Counted from the first letter of the stretch, positions 8,437 through 18,894 are shown. The stretch: 40,620 nucleotides of DNA from Candidatus Woesearchaeota archaeon (GCA_018303285.1 JAGVYL010000002.1:6483-47102), one strand, 5' to 3'. A program made the numbers and translations. Notes: generated by a model not told the origin, from the sequence alone.

Positions 8437-9591
8437 TCAATCCAGAGCTTTCCCCAGAATCTTATTGGCAACATACATTCCATAAATATATGAATCTTCC
8501 ATCCCACAAATATTATTATCTCCAATAAGAAACAGCTTCTCTCCTTGAATAAAGTCAATAATATTGCTTCCACCGATATGAAAAGCAGGATTCCAAAATA
8601 TATGCTTAATTATTTTATGGTTGAAGAAATATTTACCAAAATCTGGTTTTGCTTCTGTGGTATAAAACAAATAAGAGTTATCTTTCTGGTGGGCAATCGC
8701 CAACATTCTATTTTGATCCTCAAATAAGTCCTCTTCTCCTTTATTCCAATCTGGCTTAATTCTGCCGGATAGATGAAACATATGAGCTTTTGCTGTTTTT
8801 CTCAAATGAGTTTTTAACTTCAGCAGCTTCTTGGATATCTGCGGCGGTGTAGCAACAACCAAATACTCGCAGAAATAACTCTTCTGTTTTTTTGTGAGCA
8901 CTTCATATCTGTTATGGTCATGGTCATATTGAATCTTTTCAACCGCGTCTCTTACCCATTTATCTTTGATTGATTTCAGCACTTCATCTTTCTTAAATTT
9001 AAATTCATAAATCGGAACTATCAGCGGTAAAGAAAAATGCAAGAAAGTAAAAGCGTTAAGATTTTTCAGAGGAGTGAAAGTGGTTCCATGCAGCACTTCA
9101 GCGAGATAATCATAGACAATCTCTTTGATTTTATTTTTTTCAATAAATGATTCAGCATCGGAATTATATAAGTCCCAGAGATAAGAGTCATTTTTCAGGC
9201 AAGTTACCTGTGAGCCATATACTGATTTCTGTTTAAAGAGCTCATAATGCTTTTTGAATTTTCGCAGGATTAGAACCAATCTTATTAATTGAGCCAAATG
9301 TGTAAACAACTTCCTATCAAGTATATTGTAAGAATGGTTTGACTTACGAAACATTAATTTGGAAGGGCTTATTCTTCTGCCTTTGTTCACCCAAGAAGCA
9401 ACATTATGATAAATGCTCATAACATAATAGGCTCCATATTGAACCATCCCATTTTCTGAACTTATAATCCTCCCTCCGATATCTGGACTAATTATCCTGA
9501 ATTCAGAGCTGTTCTCGGATAATTTATGTGCGCATCCTATCCCGGATATTCCTGCACCGATGATAAGTGTTTTATAGATCTTCGGAGCCAT
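8437..9591 (-). CDS. FAD-dependent oxidoreductase (amine oxidase-like)
   Basis: IIGAGISG dinucleotide motif, 'IGGRI', 'YGA', 'LVVATP', 'LIGD...GME.S'. Confidence 0.85.
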   Translation of the reverse strand: MAPKIYKTLIIGAGISGIGCAHKLSENSSEFRIISPDIGGRIISSENGMVQYGAYYVMSIYHNVASWVNKGRRISPSKLMFRKSNHSYNILDRKLFTHLAQLIRLVLILRKFKKHYELFKQKSVYGSQVTCLKNDSYLWDLYNSDAESFIEKNKIKEIVYDYLAEVLHGTTFTPLKNLNAFTFLHFSLPLIVPIYEFKFKKDEVLKSIKDKWVRDAVEKIQYDHDHNRYEVLTKKQKSYFCEYLVVATPPQISKKLLKLKTHLRKTAKAHMFHLSGRIKPDWNKGEEDLFEDQNRMLAIAHQKDNSYLFYTTEAKPDFGKYFFNHKIIKHIFWNPAFHIGGSNIIDFIQGEKLFLIGDNNICGMEDSYIYGMYVANKILGKALD

Positions 9592-9635
9592 ACATCTCCT
9601 ACACTTTTAAGAAGATTATAAATTTATCTGCGTCT

Positions 9636-9758
9636 CGTATGTATTAAGTCTCTTCGGGACAGGGGGTTCAAAATTGAGCGAATAGAATCTGCCTTCTGAC
9701 TGACTGTTTAAGTCGGGCAGGCCTATTCCGCCTCCCTGTCCCCGACTTAATACATACG
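9636..9758. mobile_element. MITE-like long hairpin element / structured RNA
   Basis: 15-bp perfect IR CGTATGTATTAAGTC (9636-9650 / 9744-9758) with nested stems GGGACAGGG/CCCTGTCCC, GAATAG/CTATTC, CTGCC/GGCAG; no TSD seen. Confidence 0.65.
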
Positions 9759-9798
9759 CAAGAAATATCTAAAAATAGGAAGGAAGTGAAAGCTAAAA

Positions 9799-10563
9799 AT
9801 GACCCGTCAACCCGTCGTCGCTGGAATGTTTTATCCCAAGAATCCTGATGAGTTAAAACAGATGCTCAGCTCTTTCCTGGAACAAGCAGAAGAGATTAAA
9901 CTGAAAGAAAAACTGCGGGCTTTAATCGTTCCTCATGCCGGATACATCTATTCTGGAATCGTGGCAGCACAAGGGTATAAACTCTTAACCAAGAACCAGT
10001 TCCAGAAAGTAATTTTGCTTGGTCCTTCACATTATGTGGCTTTCTATGACGCGGCTATCGCGGATGAAGATTTCTTAACTCCATTAGGGAAAGTAAAAGT
10101 GGGAGAAATCAATAACTGGATTAAAGAAGGATTGGTGGAAGTATCTTCTGAAGCACATACTAAAGAGCACAGCCTGGAAGTGCAGCTGCCGTTCCTGCAG
10201 GAAACGTTAGGAGATAGGTTTGAATTATATGCTTTAGTATTAGGAACGGTTAATGAAGCTAAATTAGCTAAATTTATTTCCGAGAAATTGGACGAGGACA
10301 CTATTGTGGTGGTCAGCTCTGATTTAAGCCATTACCTGCCCTATAATAAAGCCGTTCTAAAAGATAACCAAACCCTCAACAACATTCTGAAAGGCGATGC
10401 GGCTAATTTAGATGCCTGTGGCAGAATTCCCATTAAAGTATTGATGCATTTAGCTGAACTGAAAGGCTGGAAGCCCAAATTATTGGACTATCGCAATTCT
10501 GGTGATACGGCTGGGGATAAAGGAACGGTGGTGGGGTATGCGAGTATGGCGTGGGTGGAATAA
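9799..10563 (+). CDS. amrB: AmmeMemoRadiSam system protein B (MEMO1 family)
   Basis: 'RQPVVAGMFYP', 'PHAGYIYSG', 'LGPSH', 'EHSLEVQLPFLQ', 'SSDLSHY', 'VVGYAS'. Confidence 0.95.
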   Translation: MTRQPVVAGMFYPKNPDELKQMLSSFLEQAEEIKLKEKLRALIVPHAGYIYSGIVAAQGYKLLTKNQFQKVILLGPSHYVAFYDAAIADEDFLTPLGKVKVGEINNWIKEGLVEVSSEAHTKEHSLEVQLPFLQETLGDRFELYALVLGTVNEAKLAKFISEKLDEDTIVVVSSDLSHYLPYNKAVLKDNQTLNNILKGDAANLDACGRIPIKVLMHLAELKGWKPKLLDYRNSGDTAGDKGTVVGYASMAWVE

Positions 10564-10651
10564 AATCTACGGAATACTTTCCGCTGCCTAAGCTGTCCTT
10601 TCCAACATAATCGCAAACCCAACTGGCTCGGTAGGCTCCACAACCGGAGGC
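10562..10651 (-). pseudogene. fragment paralogous to the 3' end of lipoprotein gene 14874-15209
   Basis: 84/90 nt identical to 14898-14987; encodes ASGCGAYRASWVCDYVGKDSLGSGKYSVDF; in-frame stop upstream and no start. Confidence 0.8.
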
Positions 10652-10733
10652 GATCCAAGCTTCGTCGCTCTTGTAATAGTGGTTAACCTAGATGGCACTA
10701 GTTTTATATACTTTGTTTTTCTTTACCAGAAAT

Positions 10734-11501
10734 ATGTTTAAAAGAGGTCAGATAACAGTTTTTATTATAATCGGGATAGTGGTGTTATTCATAATGGTAG
10801 CTCTCTTATCAACCTACTCTACTATTTCTCTGAAAAAGACTACTGTCTCTGAAGAGGGAGTGTTGGATGCAAGTAATATTGCCGGCCCGATAAAAAGTTA
10901 TGTGGAGTCTTGTTTGGAAAAAACTACCCAAGAGGCTATTTTTGAAAATGGGCTTAAAGGGGGTTATTTTCAGCTTCCCGAAAGATCTACTACTGAATAC
11001 TTAGATAATCTTCCTTATTATGTTTCTCTTGGAGAAAGTTTAATCCCAAACCAAGAAACTTTAGAACAAGAAATACAGAACTATACAAATTACTTTCTCT
11101 ACCGGTGCTTGAAATTTGACTCTTTTAAACAAGAAGGATATAATATAAGTTACGTTGCTCCACAGACAAAAATTATTATTAAGCCCAAAAAAATTATGGT
11201 CACTTTGGATATGCTTGTAGAAATCCAGAGAGATGCTTTTATCACTCAAATATCTAAGTTTGTAGTAGTGATTCCCAATGACCAGCTTTATGCTGATTTC
11301 CAGAGCGTAATAAACGTGCTCAATGAAAGCCAAAGAGGCATGTTTTGTCTTAGTTGCATAGCCACAGAAGGGAAAAAAAACAATCTCACTTTTGTTATCA
11401 ATTCTTTAGGTAACAACACCCACATAATCCGGGTTGTAGACAATGATTATGTCTTTTATTTAGAGCCTTATATCTTAAATTTTGTGGTTAACTATGGTTA
11501 A
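10734..11501 (+). CDS. class III signal peptide (pilin-like) membrane protein, paralog 2
   Basis: MFKRG-QITVFIIIG; 'GPIKSYVESCLEKT', 'GGYF.L.E.ST...N.PYY', 'CLSC'; TATA TTTTATATA at 10702. Confidence 0.85.
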   Translation: MFKRGQITVFIIIGIVVLFIMVALLSTYSTISLKKTTVSEEGVLDASNIAGPIKSYVESCLEKTTQEAIFENGLKGGYFQLPERSTTEYLDNLPYYVSLGESLIPNQETLEQEIQNYTNYFLYRCLKFDSFKQEGYNISYVAPQTKIIIKPKKIMVTLDMLVEIQRDAFITQISKFVVVIPNDQLYADFQSVINVLNESQRGMFCLSCIATEGKKNNLTFVINSLGNNTHIIRVVDNDYVFYLEPYILNFVVNYG

Positions 11502-14088
11502 AAACAGTTGGGTTTGGCTAGCAGTATTTTTGTGTTTAGTTGCAACACTCTCAGCTTTAGATGCCCCTACTTCAAATGATCTTAATGCATTTAATCCGAA
11601 TAATCCCTCCGTTTTCGACTACACTAATGGAGATTATTCTACTATTACTGATTGGAGCAAAGCGGATTGGAACCAAGTAAGATGGGAGAACATTCCTTGG
11701 GGGACTACAAGCTCTAATTCGAAATTTTGGGAGAGCATTCCTATAGATAAAGTTCCCGATATTCCTGAAGACAAAATAAACTATATGTTATTAGGAGAGA
11801 ATCAGAGAAAAGCACTTACTACTAACCAAATTGCGGTTAACTTAGATAAGATTGAGAATCTTGCCACGGATGTTAATCCAGATAATGCTCGGGAAGCAGT
11901 ACTTCAGAAGGCAGGCATATTGGTGGAAAGCTTTGGACAAGGAACTCGGGTGGAACAAGGAATGTTGAAATCAACTACTGGAAAAAAAGACCGGCTGGAT
12001 TTAGGAAAAGTCTCTTCAGAGGGGAAATACTCTCTTAAATCGGGATGGATTGTTACGGTCACAGAAGAGGGGGAAATTTTAGTAAGCAAAAAAAGCCGAC
12101 CAATGGAAGGAAGTTCCCTAGAGGAGGACGTTCCGGTAGAAGAAAAAGATTTTTCGCCCCAAGATTCTTTTACTCTTGAGAGAGTGGATGTTCAACTGTC
12201 TAACGGAAGGGTTGTTCGCCAGGCGAGGCAGCTTAGTTACAAAGAGGAAGAATATTATGTGCCTGAAGGGAAAGAAGCTTATGTTGACTTTTATAAAATT
12301 GGTTTATCTGCTAATGAAGGGGATGAATTAGATCGGTATCTTCTTGAAGACGAAATTAAAGAAGGAAAGATACAGCCCATTACAGTTTATTTTGATGGGA
12401 AAGAACACTCGGGAGATTATGTTTCTTTAGGAGAAAAAGAAGTTTCTTTAGGAAGCACCAACAAAGAAGAAGTAAGGTTAGCACCGCAGCCGGGGAATGA
12501 ATTCTTTTTGATGATAAAAAGAGTCTATGAAAAAGATGATGAAGAGAAATTGATACCAAATCGTTTCACTTTGGTCCCTGATGAGCGAGACACCCTAGAG
12601 ATTACAGTTAAACCTGGAGCCAGCATACTAATAACAAATCGCAAAGAGGACAATTTAATTCCATTAGTACAGAGTACCATTAGTGGTAGTGGTAGTGTAG
12701 AAATAGTAACTGGTCCCGGTAGCAAGATAGAAGACATCACCAAAGGGGCATCATATGATTTGAAATCTGCGGCTTGGGGAGATGTTAGTTTGATGAACGG
12801 AAACAGCGTTCCTTTAGAATTTATTCCAACTGATAGAAAATCAAGAATATTAATTACTTCTTCTAATCGCCTGGCAGCAATAGACTATGATGATGTTAGC
12901 CGCTTTTACGCAACTACCGCTGCTGGACTTAAAGTAACAAACAATCTAGATTTTAACTTGATAAAAACCGAAGACGATGTGGCAGTAAGATTCCCAAATT
13001 TAGAGTTTGCAAGAAAAAATATCTGGACCGGGGAGACAAATCCAAAGAATTATCCCGTAATCAGCCCAAATCTCGCTCAGCTGACTATAGAATGGCTGGA
13101 AAAAAATCCGAAAGTTGGCATTTTAAAAGGGGTATTTTTTGCGGATACTTATAATGCGGCTAATATTAATGATCCCAACAAACCGGGTTATATAATAATT
13201 GGAGATAAGATTTCTGAAGAAGAGAACTTAAAGATGACCGGCGTACGAGAGATGAAAACGGTCTTCGAAGTACTAAACCACGAAATGAACCACATGCAAG
13301 ATACTTACGTTAAAGTAGAAGAGAATAAATTGAATGGAAAAGAGAATCCCACTTTAAATGAAGTTTATAAAGAACTCTATGAGGACTTTGGAAAACAACT
13401 TACACTGGAGAAAGGGTTCCAACTATTCTTGAGTGAACCTTCACCACCGATAACACTAGGCAACCTTAAAACTAGAAGAGAAGACATTGCTACTGTTCTG
13501 AAAGCATTGGTTGATGATAATGTTGATAATGTCAAGAACGCAGCGAATGCGCTTCAGATTACAGAAGAAAAATTTCGAAAAGAGATTATGGAAAATCCGA
13601 TTATTAGTCGTGTCGCAAAAAAAATACTTACCACAGAAGGATTAGAAGTGAATGGAAAAATAGTATTACTTGAGTTTAATGAGAATTATGACAAAGCTAC
13701 TCCTGAAGAAAAGAGTAGTGTTGCTGCTGCTTTTGTGAGTGAAAAGCTACCTGCTTTATCCTTCCTGAAGATTGATGATACTAACCTCCAGTCAGCAGTA
13801 AGAGAAATAATTCCTTTAAAAGAGGGAGAATACGCACTTCACGCCTATCTATTCGAAGAAGGTAGATCATACGCCGAAATGGGAACTGTACCTTTAGAAA
13901 TTCCACCTAATCGGGTAGCGATGTCTATCGCCAGCGGCAATGAATTTCTACGTAAAGCCACCCAAGTTGCTTACGATGTTGGTAAGATAGATCAATTAGA
14001 ATACCAACAACGAATGGGCTTTTATTGTGATGTTTTTCCTCAAAATTGTGGTAAGTGTATTGTTTACAAGCGCACTTGCAAGCCATAA
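11494..14088 (+). CDS. large secreted HExxH metalloprotease-like protein, partner of module 2
   Basis: Signal peptide; HEMNH; distal 'YA..AY...Y.E'; C-terminal YCDVFPQNCGKCIVYKRTCKP; paralog of 25011-27401. Confidence 0.8.
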   Translation: MVKNSWVWLAVFLCLVATLSALDAPTSNDLNAFNPNNPSVFDYTNGDYSTITDWSKADWNQVRWENIPWGTTSSNSKFWESIPIDKVPDIPEDKINYMLLGENQRKALTTNQIAVNLDKIENLATDVNPDNAREAVLQKAGILVESFGQGTRVEQGMLKSTTGKKDRLDLGKVSSEGKYSLKSGWIVTVTEEGEILVSKKSRPMEGSSLEEDVPVEEKDFSPQDSFTLERVDVQLSNGRVVRQARQLSYKEEEYYVPEGKEAYVDFYKIGLSANEGDELDRYLLEDEIKEGKIQPITVYFDGKEHSGDYVSLGEKEVSLGSTNKEEVRLAPQPGNEFFLMIKRVYEKDDEEKLIPNRFTLVPDERDTLEITVKPGASILITNRKEDNLIPLVQSTISGSGSVEIVTGPGSKIEDITKGASYDLKSAAWGDVSLMNGNSVPLEFIPTDRKSRILITSSNRLAAIDYDDVSRFYATTAAGLKVTNNLDFNLIKTEDDVAVRFPNLEFARKNIWTGETNPKNYPVISPNLAQLTIEWLEKNPKVGILKGVFFADTYNAANINDPNKPGYIIIGDKISEEENLKMTGVREMKTVFEVLNHEMNHMQDTYVKVEENKLNGKENPTLNEVYKELYEDFGKQLTLEKGFQLFLSEPSPPITLGNLKTRREDIATVLKALVDDNVDNVKNAANALQITEEKFRKEIMENPIISRVAKKILTTEGLEVNGKIVLLEFNENYDKATPEEKSSVAAAFVSEKLPALSFLKIDDTNLQSAVREIIPLKEGEYALHAYLFEEGRSYAEMGTVPLEIPPNRVAMSIASGNEFLRKATQVAYDVGKIDQLEYQQRMGFYCDVFPQNCGKCIVYKRTCKP

Positions 14089-14135
14089 TCTTCTAAGCTA
14101 ATAGCCGTAGCAAATGGTAAAGATTTCTTTCCGAC

Positions 14136-14846
14136 TTAAAAGATATTCTCTAAATCTTGCATACAAGTTGGACAAAAAGTACCATAAATCACTTTCTCCT
14201 CCTGGCCAAGAACACGGCCTAAAAAGTCAGCCTTCTGCTGCACAAAAGAAGTATGGCTTTGCATTACGCATTCATTAACACAATGTCTTCCAGCAGGAGT
14301 ATACTTTACATTTTCTATTCGTTCATTTGGGATTAAGCCTAAAATATGGCCCATTTCATGCATAGCTAAACTTCGAATATTTTGGCAGGCATCTTTTTTT
14401 TCTCCATGTCTAGAAGCATAAGTTGAGATTACCGCCGCTTCTCCCGATGCAGCCAGGCCATTCAAAAAAATAGTTTCCCCATTGACTTCAATATAAATTT
14501 CCTCGTGATGCACCAAGATTTCATAAGGCTTTTTTTTCCAGCTGTGATGGCTTCCTTTGTCTCGTGGTGCTCTTTCACTTAATGCAGAAAGAAGCGCTGA
14601 AGCGTTGAGCAAACCTTTTCTTTCACTAGCAATTCTTCCTTGTTCAATATACCAATCAACACTCTGATGAGGTTTTAAAGAACCATCTGCATTTTTGTGC
14701 TCTTCCGTTTTCCAATCATACAAATTAACCAAACCATTACTCCCTGCCGCGGTTAGCATAAGAACACTGTAAATACCATCCATCACCGCTTTTCTTTCTA
14801 ATTCATAAATCCCTTCCTGGTCCATGATACGAACAGGTTTAATCAT
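14136..14846 (-). CDS. archaemetzincin-like zinc peptidase
   Basis: HEMGHILG followed by HC...CVM...FCPTC; 'AVIST'. Confidence 0.75.
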   Translation of the reverse strand: MIKPVRIMDQEGIYELERKAVMDGIYSVLMLTAAGSNGLVNLYDWKTEEHKNADGSLKPHQSVDWYIEQGRIASERKGLLNASALLSALSERAPRDKGSHHSWKKKPYEILVHHEEIYIEVNGETIFLNGLAASGEAAVISTYASRHGEKKDACQNIRSLAMHEMGHILGLIPNERIENVKYTPAGRHCVNECVMQSHTSFVQQKADFLGRVLGQEEKVIYGTFCPTCMQDLENIF

Positions 14847-14873
14847 TTTTAACTTTCCTCGGTTTAATCTGTC

Positions 14874-15209
14874 TCATTCTTCCATCTTTTCGTAATCAAA
14901 ATCTACGGAATACTTCCCGCCGCCTAAGCTGTCCTTTCCGATATAGTCGCAAACCCAACTGGCTCGGTAGGCTCCACAGCCGGAGGCTGCCCATATCTCA
15001 TTTCGGTGTTCTACAATTTCATAAAGATCCTTATCTAATCGGTTCAGTTCCGGGCTGCCATCATAATACTTGGACTTCCACTCGCAGGTGTTTCCAAATG
15101 CATCTTCTAACTTTTCCACTTTAGCCATGCATTCTTTTAGCTTTGCATCCTGGCATCCGCTAGTTAAACCCATTAGTACAGTTGCAATGGAGATTATTGA
15201 TTTGTTCAT
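14874..15209 (-). CDS. small Cys-containing lipoprotein
   Basis: Lipobox LTSG-C; ATGA overlap with upstream gene. Confidence 0.75.
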   Translation of the reverse strand: MNKSIISIATVLMGLTSGCQDAKLKECMAKVEKLEDAFGNTCEWKSKYYDGSPELNRLDKDLYEIVEHRNEIWAASGCGAYRASWVCDYIGKDSLGGGKYSVDFDYEKMEE

Positions 15210-16786
15210 TTTTGTTCCAAGTCGCCTGGCTCTTTAGGGAAATGATACTTTTTGGTCAAATCTATCACTTCATCAAATGCTGATGCCATTAGTCCTTTGA
15301 ATTTATTTTCCCTTTGGGGCGGAGTGAACGTTTCCCTGCCTCTATCTGCCATGTTATAACTTCTTCCTAGATACACTTCATCCGGGGAGACATACCAAAA
15401 CATTCCCGCTATCATCTCTTCACTAGGGGCATAAGTTCTTCGATGTGTGGCAAGCGCGATATCTCTTGCAATATTATCATCACCTGCGCCAGTCAAGCAT
15501 GAAGCCAAGACTATAGTTGCATCATCAGCCAAAATTTGGTCTAATGGTCCCAGCCATTCACCCATGGTATCTTTTGAGATAAAATATGCATCATCACCAT
15601 AACCATCTACAAGCATGAGGTTCTGCAGGCCATGCAGATGGAAAGTTATATTTCCTGCCGTGATGCCTCTTCCGCGCAAATATGTCAAAATCTCGCCTAA
15701 TTTTTTGTCTTTTCCTGGTTGAATTGCAATAGGCGCATAATCTTTTAATTCACGGAGTGCATAATCATCGTTTGTTTCTGGCTCTATCATCATTCCATTA
15801 ATCTCAGGCTCCCGAGTTAGAACATAAATTGCCGCCGGCTTTTCTTTGGGGTGCTCGATAGTGTGGATGGTGCGTTCCAATAATTCCGTAGAGAACCACC
15901 CGAATTGTATAATCCCTAAATTATAATAAAGTAATGCCGGATTGCTTACGGTTTCAATCCTCTCAAAATTTTGTTTTTCCACTAGATTGGAAATTTCCGG
16001 TGCAGGAACACTTTGGAACCCTTTGCTTTCTAATGCTGATAAGCGATAAGAAATATTAACCATATCGGATGAATCTGATAATAATCCTATCAGTGCTATA
16101 TATACATCTATTCCATTGGTTTTGCCGATCATTTTCTTTAGCTTAGGAACATATTTTTCAGGCACTTCACCCAGACATAAGGCTAACACTTCCTCAGGAT
16201 GTTTTTTTAAGAAATTCCAAGCATACTTTTCGTTATCTTTTGAGAATAATCTCTGAAAATAATCTAAATTGTGCTTGATTTTAGCTGGGGATACTTCTGT
16301 TAATCTCTTTTTTAAATGCTCATAATTTTGTACAACATAATCGATATCTATTCTGAAAGCTAAACCGGAAGCTAGACTGAGGGAATCACTAATTTGTCTG
16401 GATACCTGGTTTAGGTCCGCTGTAAATTCTGAATCACTGCATACTTTAACATATTTTCTTGCTAGGTATCTTGACAAGTCCCGAGATTCATATTCGGATC
16501 TTTTCTCATTGGCCACATATTCTTCTACAGATTTTAGTTTCAATTCAAGTGTGGTGCTTTTACAATTTTCTCTGGCTTTAGCTTCAGCTGCTTCAAAAGA
16601 GCTTATGGCTGCATCAGCAGCGTCGGTAGAAGTATCCTTTTCAGTGGATTGTACATTCGGATTATCAGGCGGCGTTTGGGCATGTGCATAATTTGGCCCT
16701 GATGCTAGTATAGTGCCCATTATTCCCAGCCCAATAACTGGCTTAACTAAAGCTCGGGTTATTTTTTCAAGTGTGTTTTTTGTCAT
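15206..16786 (-). CDS. secreted protein with C-terminal clan CD-like (DUF4347/CHAT-like) His-Cys domain
   Basis: Signal peptide (AHA-Q); 'ITFHLHG' ... 'IVLASCLTG' ... 'IARDIA...YAP'. Confidence 0.7.
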   Translation of the reverse strand: MTKNTLEKITRALVKPVIGLGIMGTILASGPNYAHAQTPPDNPNVQSTEKDTSTDAADAAISSFEAAEAKARENCKSTTLELKLKSVEEYVANEKRSEYESRDLSRYLARKYVKVCSDSEFTADLNQVSRQISDSLSLASGLAFRIDIDYVVQNYEHLKKRLTEVSPAKIKHNLDYFQRLFSKDNEKYAWNFLKKHPEEVLALCLGEVPEKYVPKLKKMIGKTNGIDVYIALIGLLSDSSDMVNISYRLSALESKGFQSVPAPEISNLVEKQNFERIETVSNPALLYYNLGIIQFGWFSTELLERTIHTIEHPKEKPAAIYVLTREPEINGMMIEPETNDDYALRELKDYAPIAIQPGKDKKLGEILTYLRGRGITAGNITFHLHGLQNLMLVDGYGDDAYFISKDTMGEWLGPLDQILADDATIVLASCLTGAGDDNIARDIALATHRRTYAPSEEMIAGMFWYVSPDEVYLGRSYNMADRGRETFTPPQRENKFKGLMASAFDEVIDLTKKYHFPKEPGDLEQK

Positions 16787-18003
16787 TTTACCTCTTCTCG
16801 TAACTGTTGTCTATATCGTTCAACCAGTGGAGCTAAAATTTTTTGTCTCTTATACTCCAACTGCTCTAAATTCTGTAGCACGGGCTCGTTCAAGCGTAAT
16901 CTCATGGGGGCAGTAGTGATTGGCCCCCTATAACCGTCAACCAAAGAATCAATTACGGCGGCAAACTGTTCTTCCATCTGAGAATCATGATATAAATTAA
17001 ATGTAGTTTGCGCTCCGAGAGCTAATCCAGATGAAATATTTCCATAAATAATAAGCAGGTCAACATAAGATACAAGTGCCCGGTCTATTCTCTCGGCCAG
17101 AGCAGGGGAGATTTCTTCATTATTTTGGGAGGTTATATTGTCAACCATTGAAGAAAGTAAATCCATATACTCTTTTTTTGTTTGTTGATAGCGAGTTAGG
17201 TCAAATAGTTTTCCTCGAGCTAGAGGATTATCGATTGGTTCTACTTTTGGACAGGCGGGGGATATTTTAGATGATTGGTGATAAATTATCTTTGCTTCTT
17301 CTTTGGCACATTCTCCGGCATCAACAGAAGTTTTAACTATCTTTGCAGCGGCGGTATATTTTTCTTTAGTACAGTTAGGAAACATTTTTTTGTAGGCATC
17401 ACGCGTGGCTTTAACTGCGTCTGAATTAAAATCTACCCCTAACTCTTGCAAAATAGCAGTAAATTCTCGGTCATATTTATCTAAAGCTAAGAACTCTTTA
17501 CAAAGCGACAAGTCATGGATCTGCTCTCCAACCTGACTAAAGATTTCTGCAGTTTTCTCCATCTTAATTTGTAATTGGCGAAAGCTTTCTGCATCAGGCA
17601 TCTGTAACCTTTCATCAATTGCTTCAGCTAATTTTTCTTTTGATTCTTTTGAAAGACTTGGATAGATATGATGCCCTAATTCATGTTCTAAAGAATCAGT
17701 CTGACACCGGGTATAATCTAGAGTGCAACGGATAATAATCTTATTTGGCAGGTAACTACAAGTTAAGATGGAGTTAGTAGTTTCTAATTCCACTGTCAAT
17801 TCTGATTGTTCAATCTCTTCAGCAATCACGGGAGAAAAATCTTCTGCCCTTCTTTCAAGATCTGCCTGTGCTTTTAATCGATTCTCCTCTTCTATTGTTG
17901 GTTGGACTATTTTGGGTGTGTCTGGTTTAACAGCTACTTCTGAAAGATTACATCCAGCAACTGCTGTGACAATCAAAGAAGATATGATCTTGGGTAGGCT
18001 CAT
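16783..18003 (-). CDS. lipoprotein with HExxH zincin motif
   Basis: Lipobox AVAG-C; HELGHH; distal 'EEQFA'. Confidence 0.75.
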   Translation of the reverse strand: MSLPKIISSLIVTAVAGCNLSEVAVKPDTPKIVQPTIEEENRLKAQADLERRAEDFSPVIAEEIEQSELTVELETTNSILTCSYLPNKIIIRCTLDYTRCQTDSLEHELGHHIYPSLSKESKEKLAEAIDERLQMPDAESFRQLQIKMEKTAEIFSQVGEQIHDLSLCKEFLALDKYDREFTAILQELGVDFNSDAVKATRDAYKKMFPNCTKEKYTAAAKIVKTSVDAGECAKEEAKIIYHQSSKISPACPKVEPIDNPLARGKLFDLTRYQQTKKEYMDLLSSMVDNITSQNNEEISPALAERIDRALVSYVDLLIIYGNISSGLALGAQTTFNLYHDSQMEEQFAAVIDSLVDGYRGPITTAPMRLRLNEPVLQNLEQLEYKRQKILAPLVERYRQQLREEVK

Positions 18004-18021
18004 TTAGTTTTCTCCGCTTTT

Positions 18022-18894
18022 TTATTTCTCTTTAGGATTTATCATTTCTTCCATTTCCAAATATTTTACTGGTGGATTTGTTATTAAGTCCACATCAGTT
18101 CCTTCTTTAAGTCCAATCCAAGCCGGAAAATCACATCTACGGTCTTCCTTCCTTTGAAAAGACATAGACTTCGCACGATAAGTGTTAAAGACAACAGAGA
18201 AATTCTTTCCGGCAGTAGCCTGAGAAAGGAAATATCCCAACGGATTTCCACAACCTATCTCTGTACGACATTCACCTGTGCTTCTTGGAGAACATTTTTT
18301 AGATGAAGGTTGTTCTATCGCATGCCATGCACCAAAAAAGAGAATTACTTTTGATTCGGGATTATCTGAAAAAACTTTCTTCTCCAGATTGTGGTAGATT
18401 TGAGCATCTCGATTAACTACTTTTCCTTCTATTTCATCTGGTCCGTCATGACAATCATGAGAATCAATAGCGTACACTTTAATCCCTGCTTCTTTTGCTT
18501 TATGTAAAAAGTAGAGGAACCCTTTACGCATACTATAAGTTTCTTTAGAGAACTGCTCATCGCTGATCTCCCCTTCTAAAAAGCGGTCTAATATTGGTTG
18601 GCTGTGATAGTCTAATTCTACTCCTAAGTTATTGTACCCTCTCGTTTTCAGTTTTGCCAGCAAATCACCTGCAAAATAATCATCTGCATCAACATCATGA
18701 AATTCACCTAAAATAAGGGTTTGGCTTTGTTCAGCTTGTTTGAGAATAGTTTCCTCTAAATCTGGCGTTTGCTCATTTTTTTTAAGAACAATTATTTGTG
18801 AAGGGCTAAGACTAGTCATCTCTAAGTTAGAAGTAGCGCATCCGGCTAACGCAAGAGCTAGACTTGCTCCTGCAATTAAATGTTTTAGACTCAT
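18022..18894 (-). CDS. lipoprotein of the ChaN/EreA/Tiki-like hydrolase superfamily
   Basis: Lipobox LAG-C; 'LILGEFHD', 'LGVEL', 'VYAID', 'RD', 'FFGAWH'. Confidence 0.75.
   Translation of the reverse strand: MSLKHLIAGASLALALAGCATSNLEMTSLSPSQIIVLKKNEQTPDLEETILKQAEQSQTLILGEFHDVDADDYFAGDLLAKLKTRGYNNLGVELDYHSQPILDRFLEGEISDEQFSKETYSMRKGFLYFLHKAKEAGIKVYAIDSHDCHDGPDEIEGKVVNRDAQIYHNLEKKVFSDNPESKVILFFGAWHAIEQPSSKKCSPRSTGECRTEIGCGNPLGYFLSQATAGKNFSVVFNTYRAKSMSFQRKEDRRCDFPAWIGLKEGTDVDLITNPPVKYLEMEEMINPKEK

Noticed and set aside
8245-8493. 82-aa ORF
   Set aside because: Lies inside the MITE and overlaps the oxidoreductase antisense
9636-9758. SRP RNA, 5S rRNA or tRNA
   Set aside because: No SRP helix-8 motif, 5S conserved blocks or T-loop/cloverleaf seen; ends match mobile-element termini
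10562-14987. DGR template/variable repeat pair
   Set aside because: Mismatches are not adenine-specific on either strand of either copy, and no reverse transcriptase is in the window
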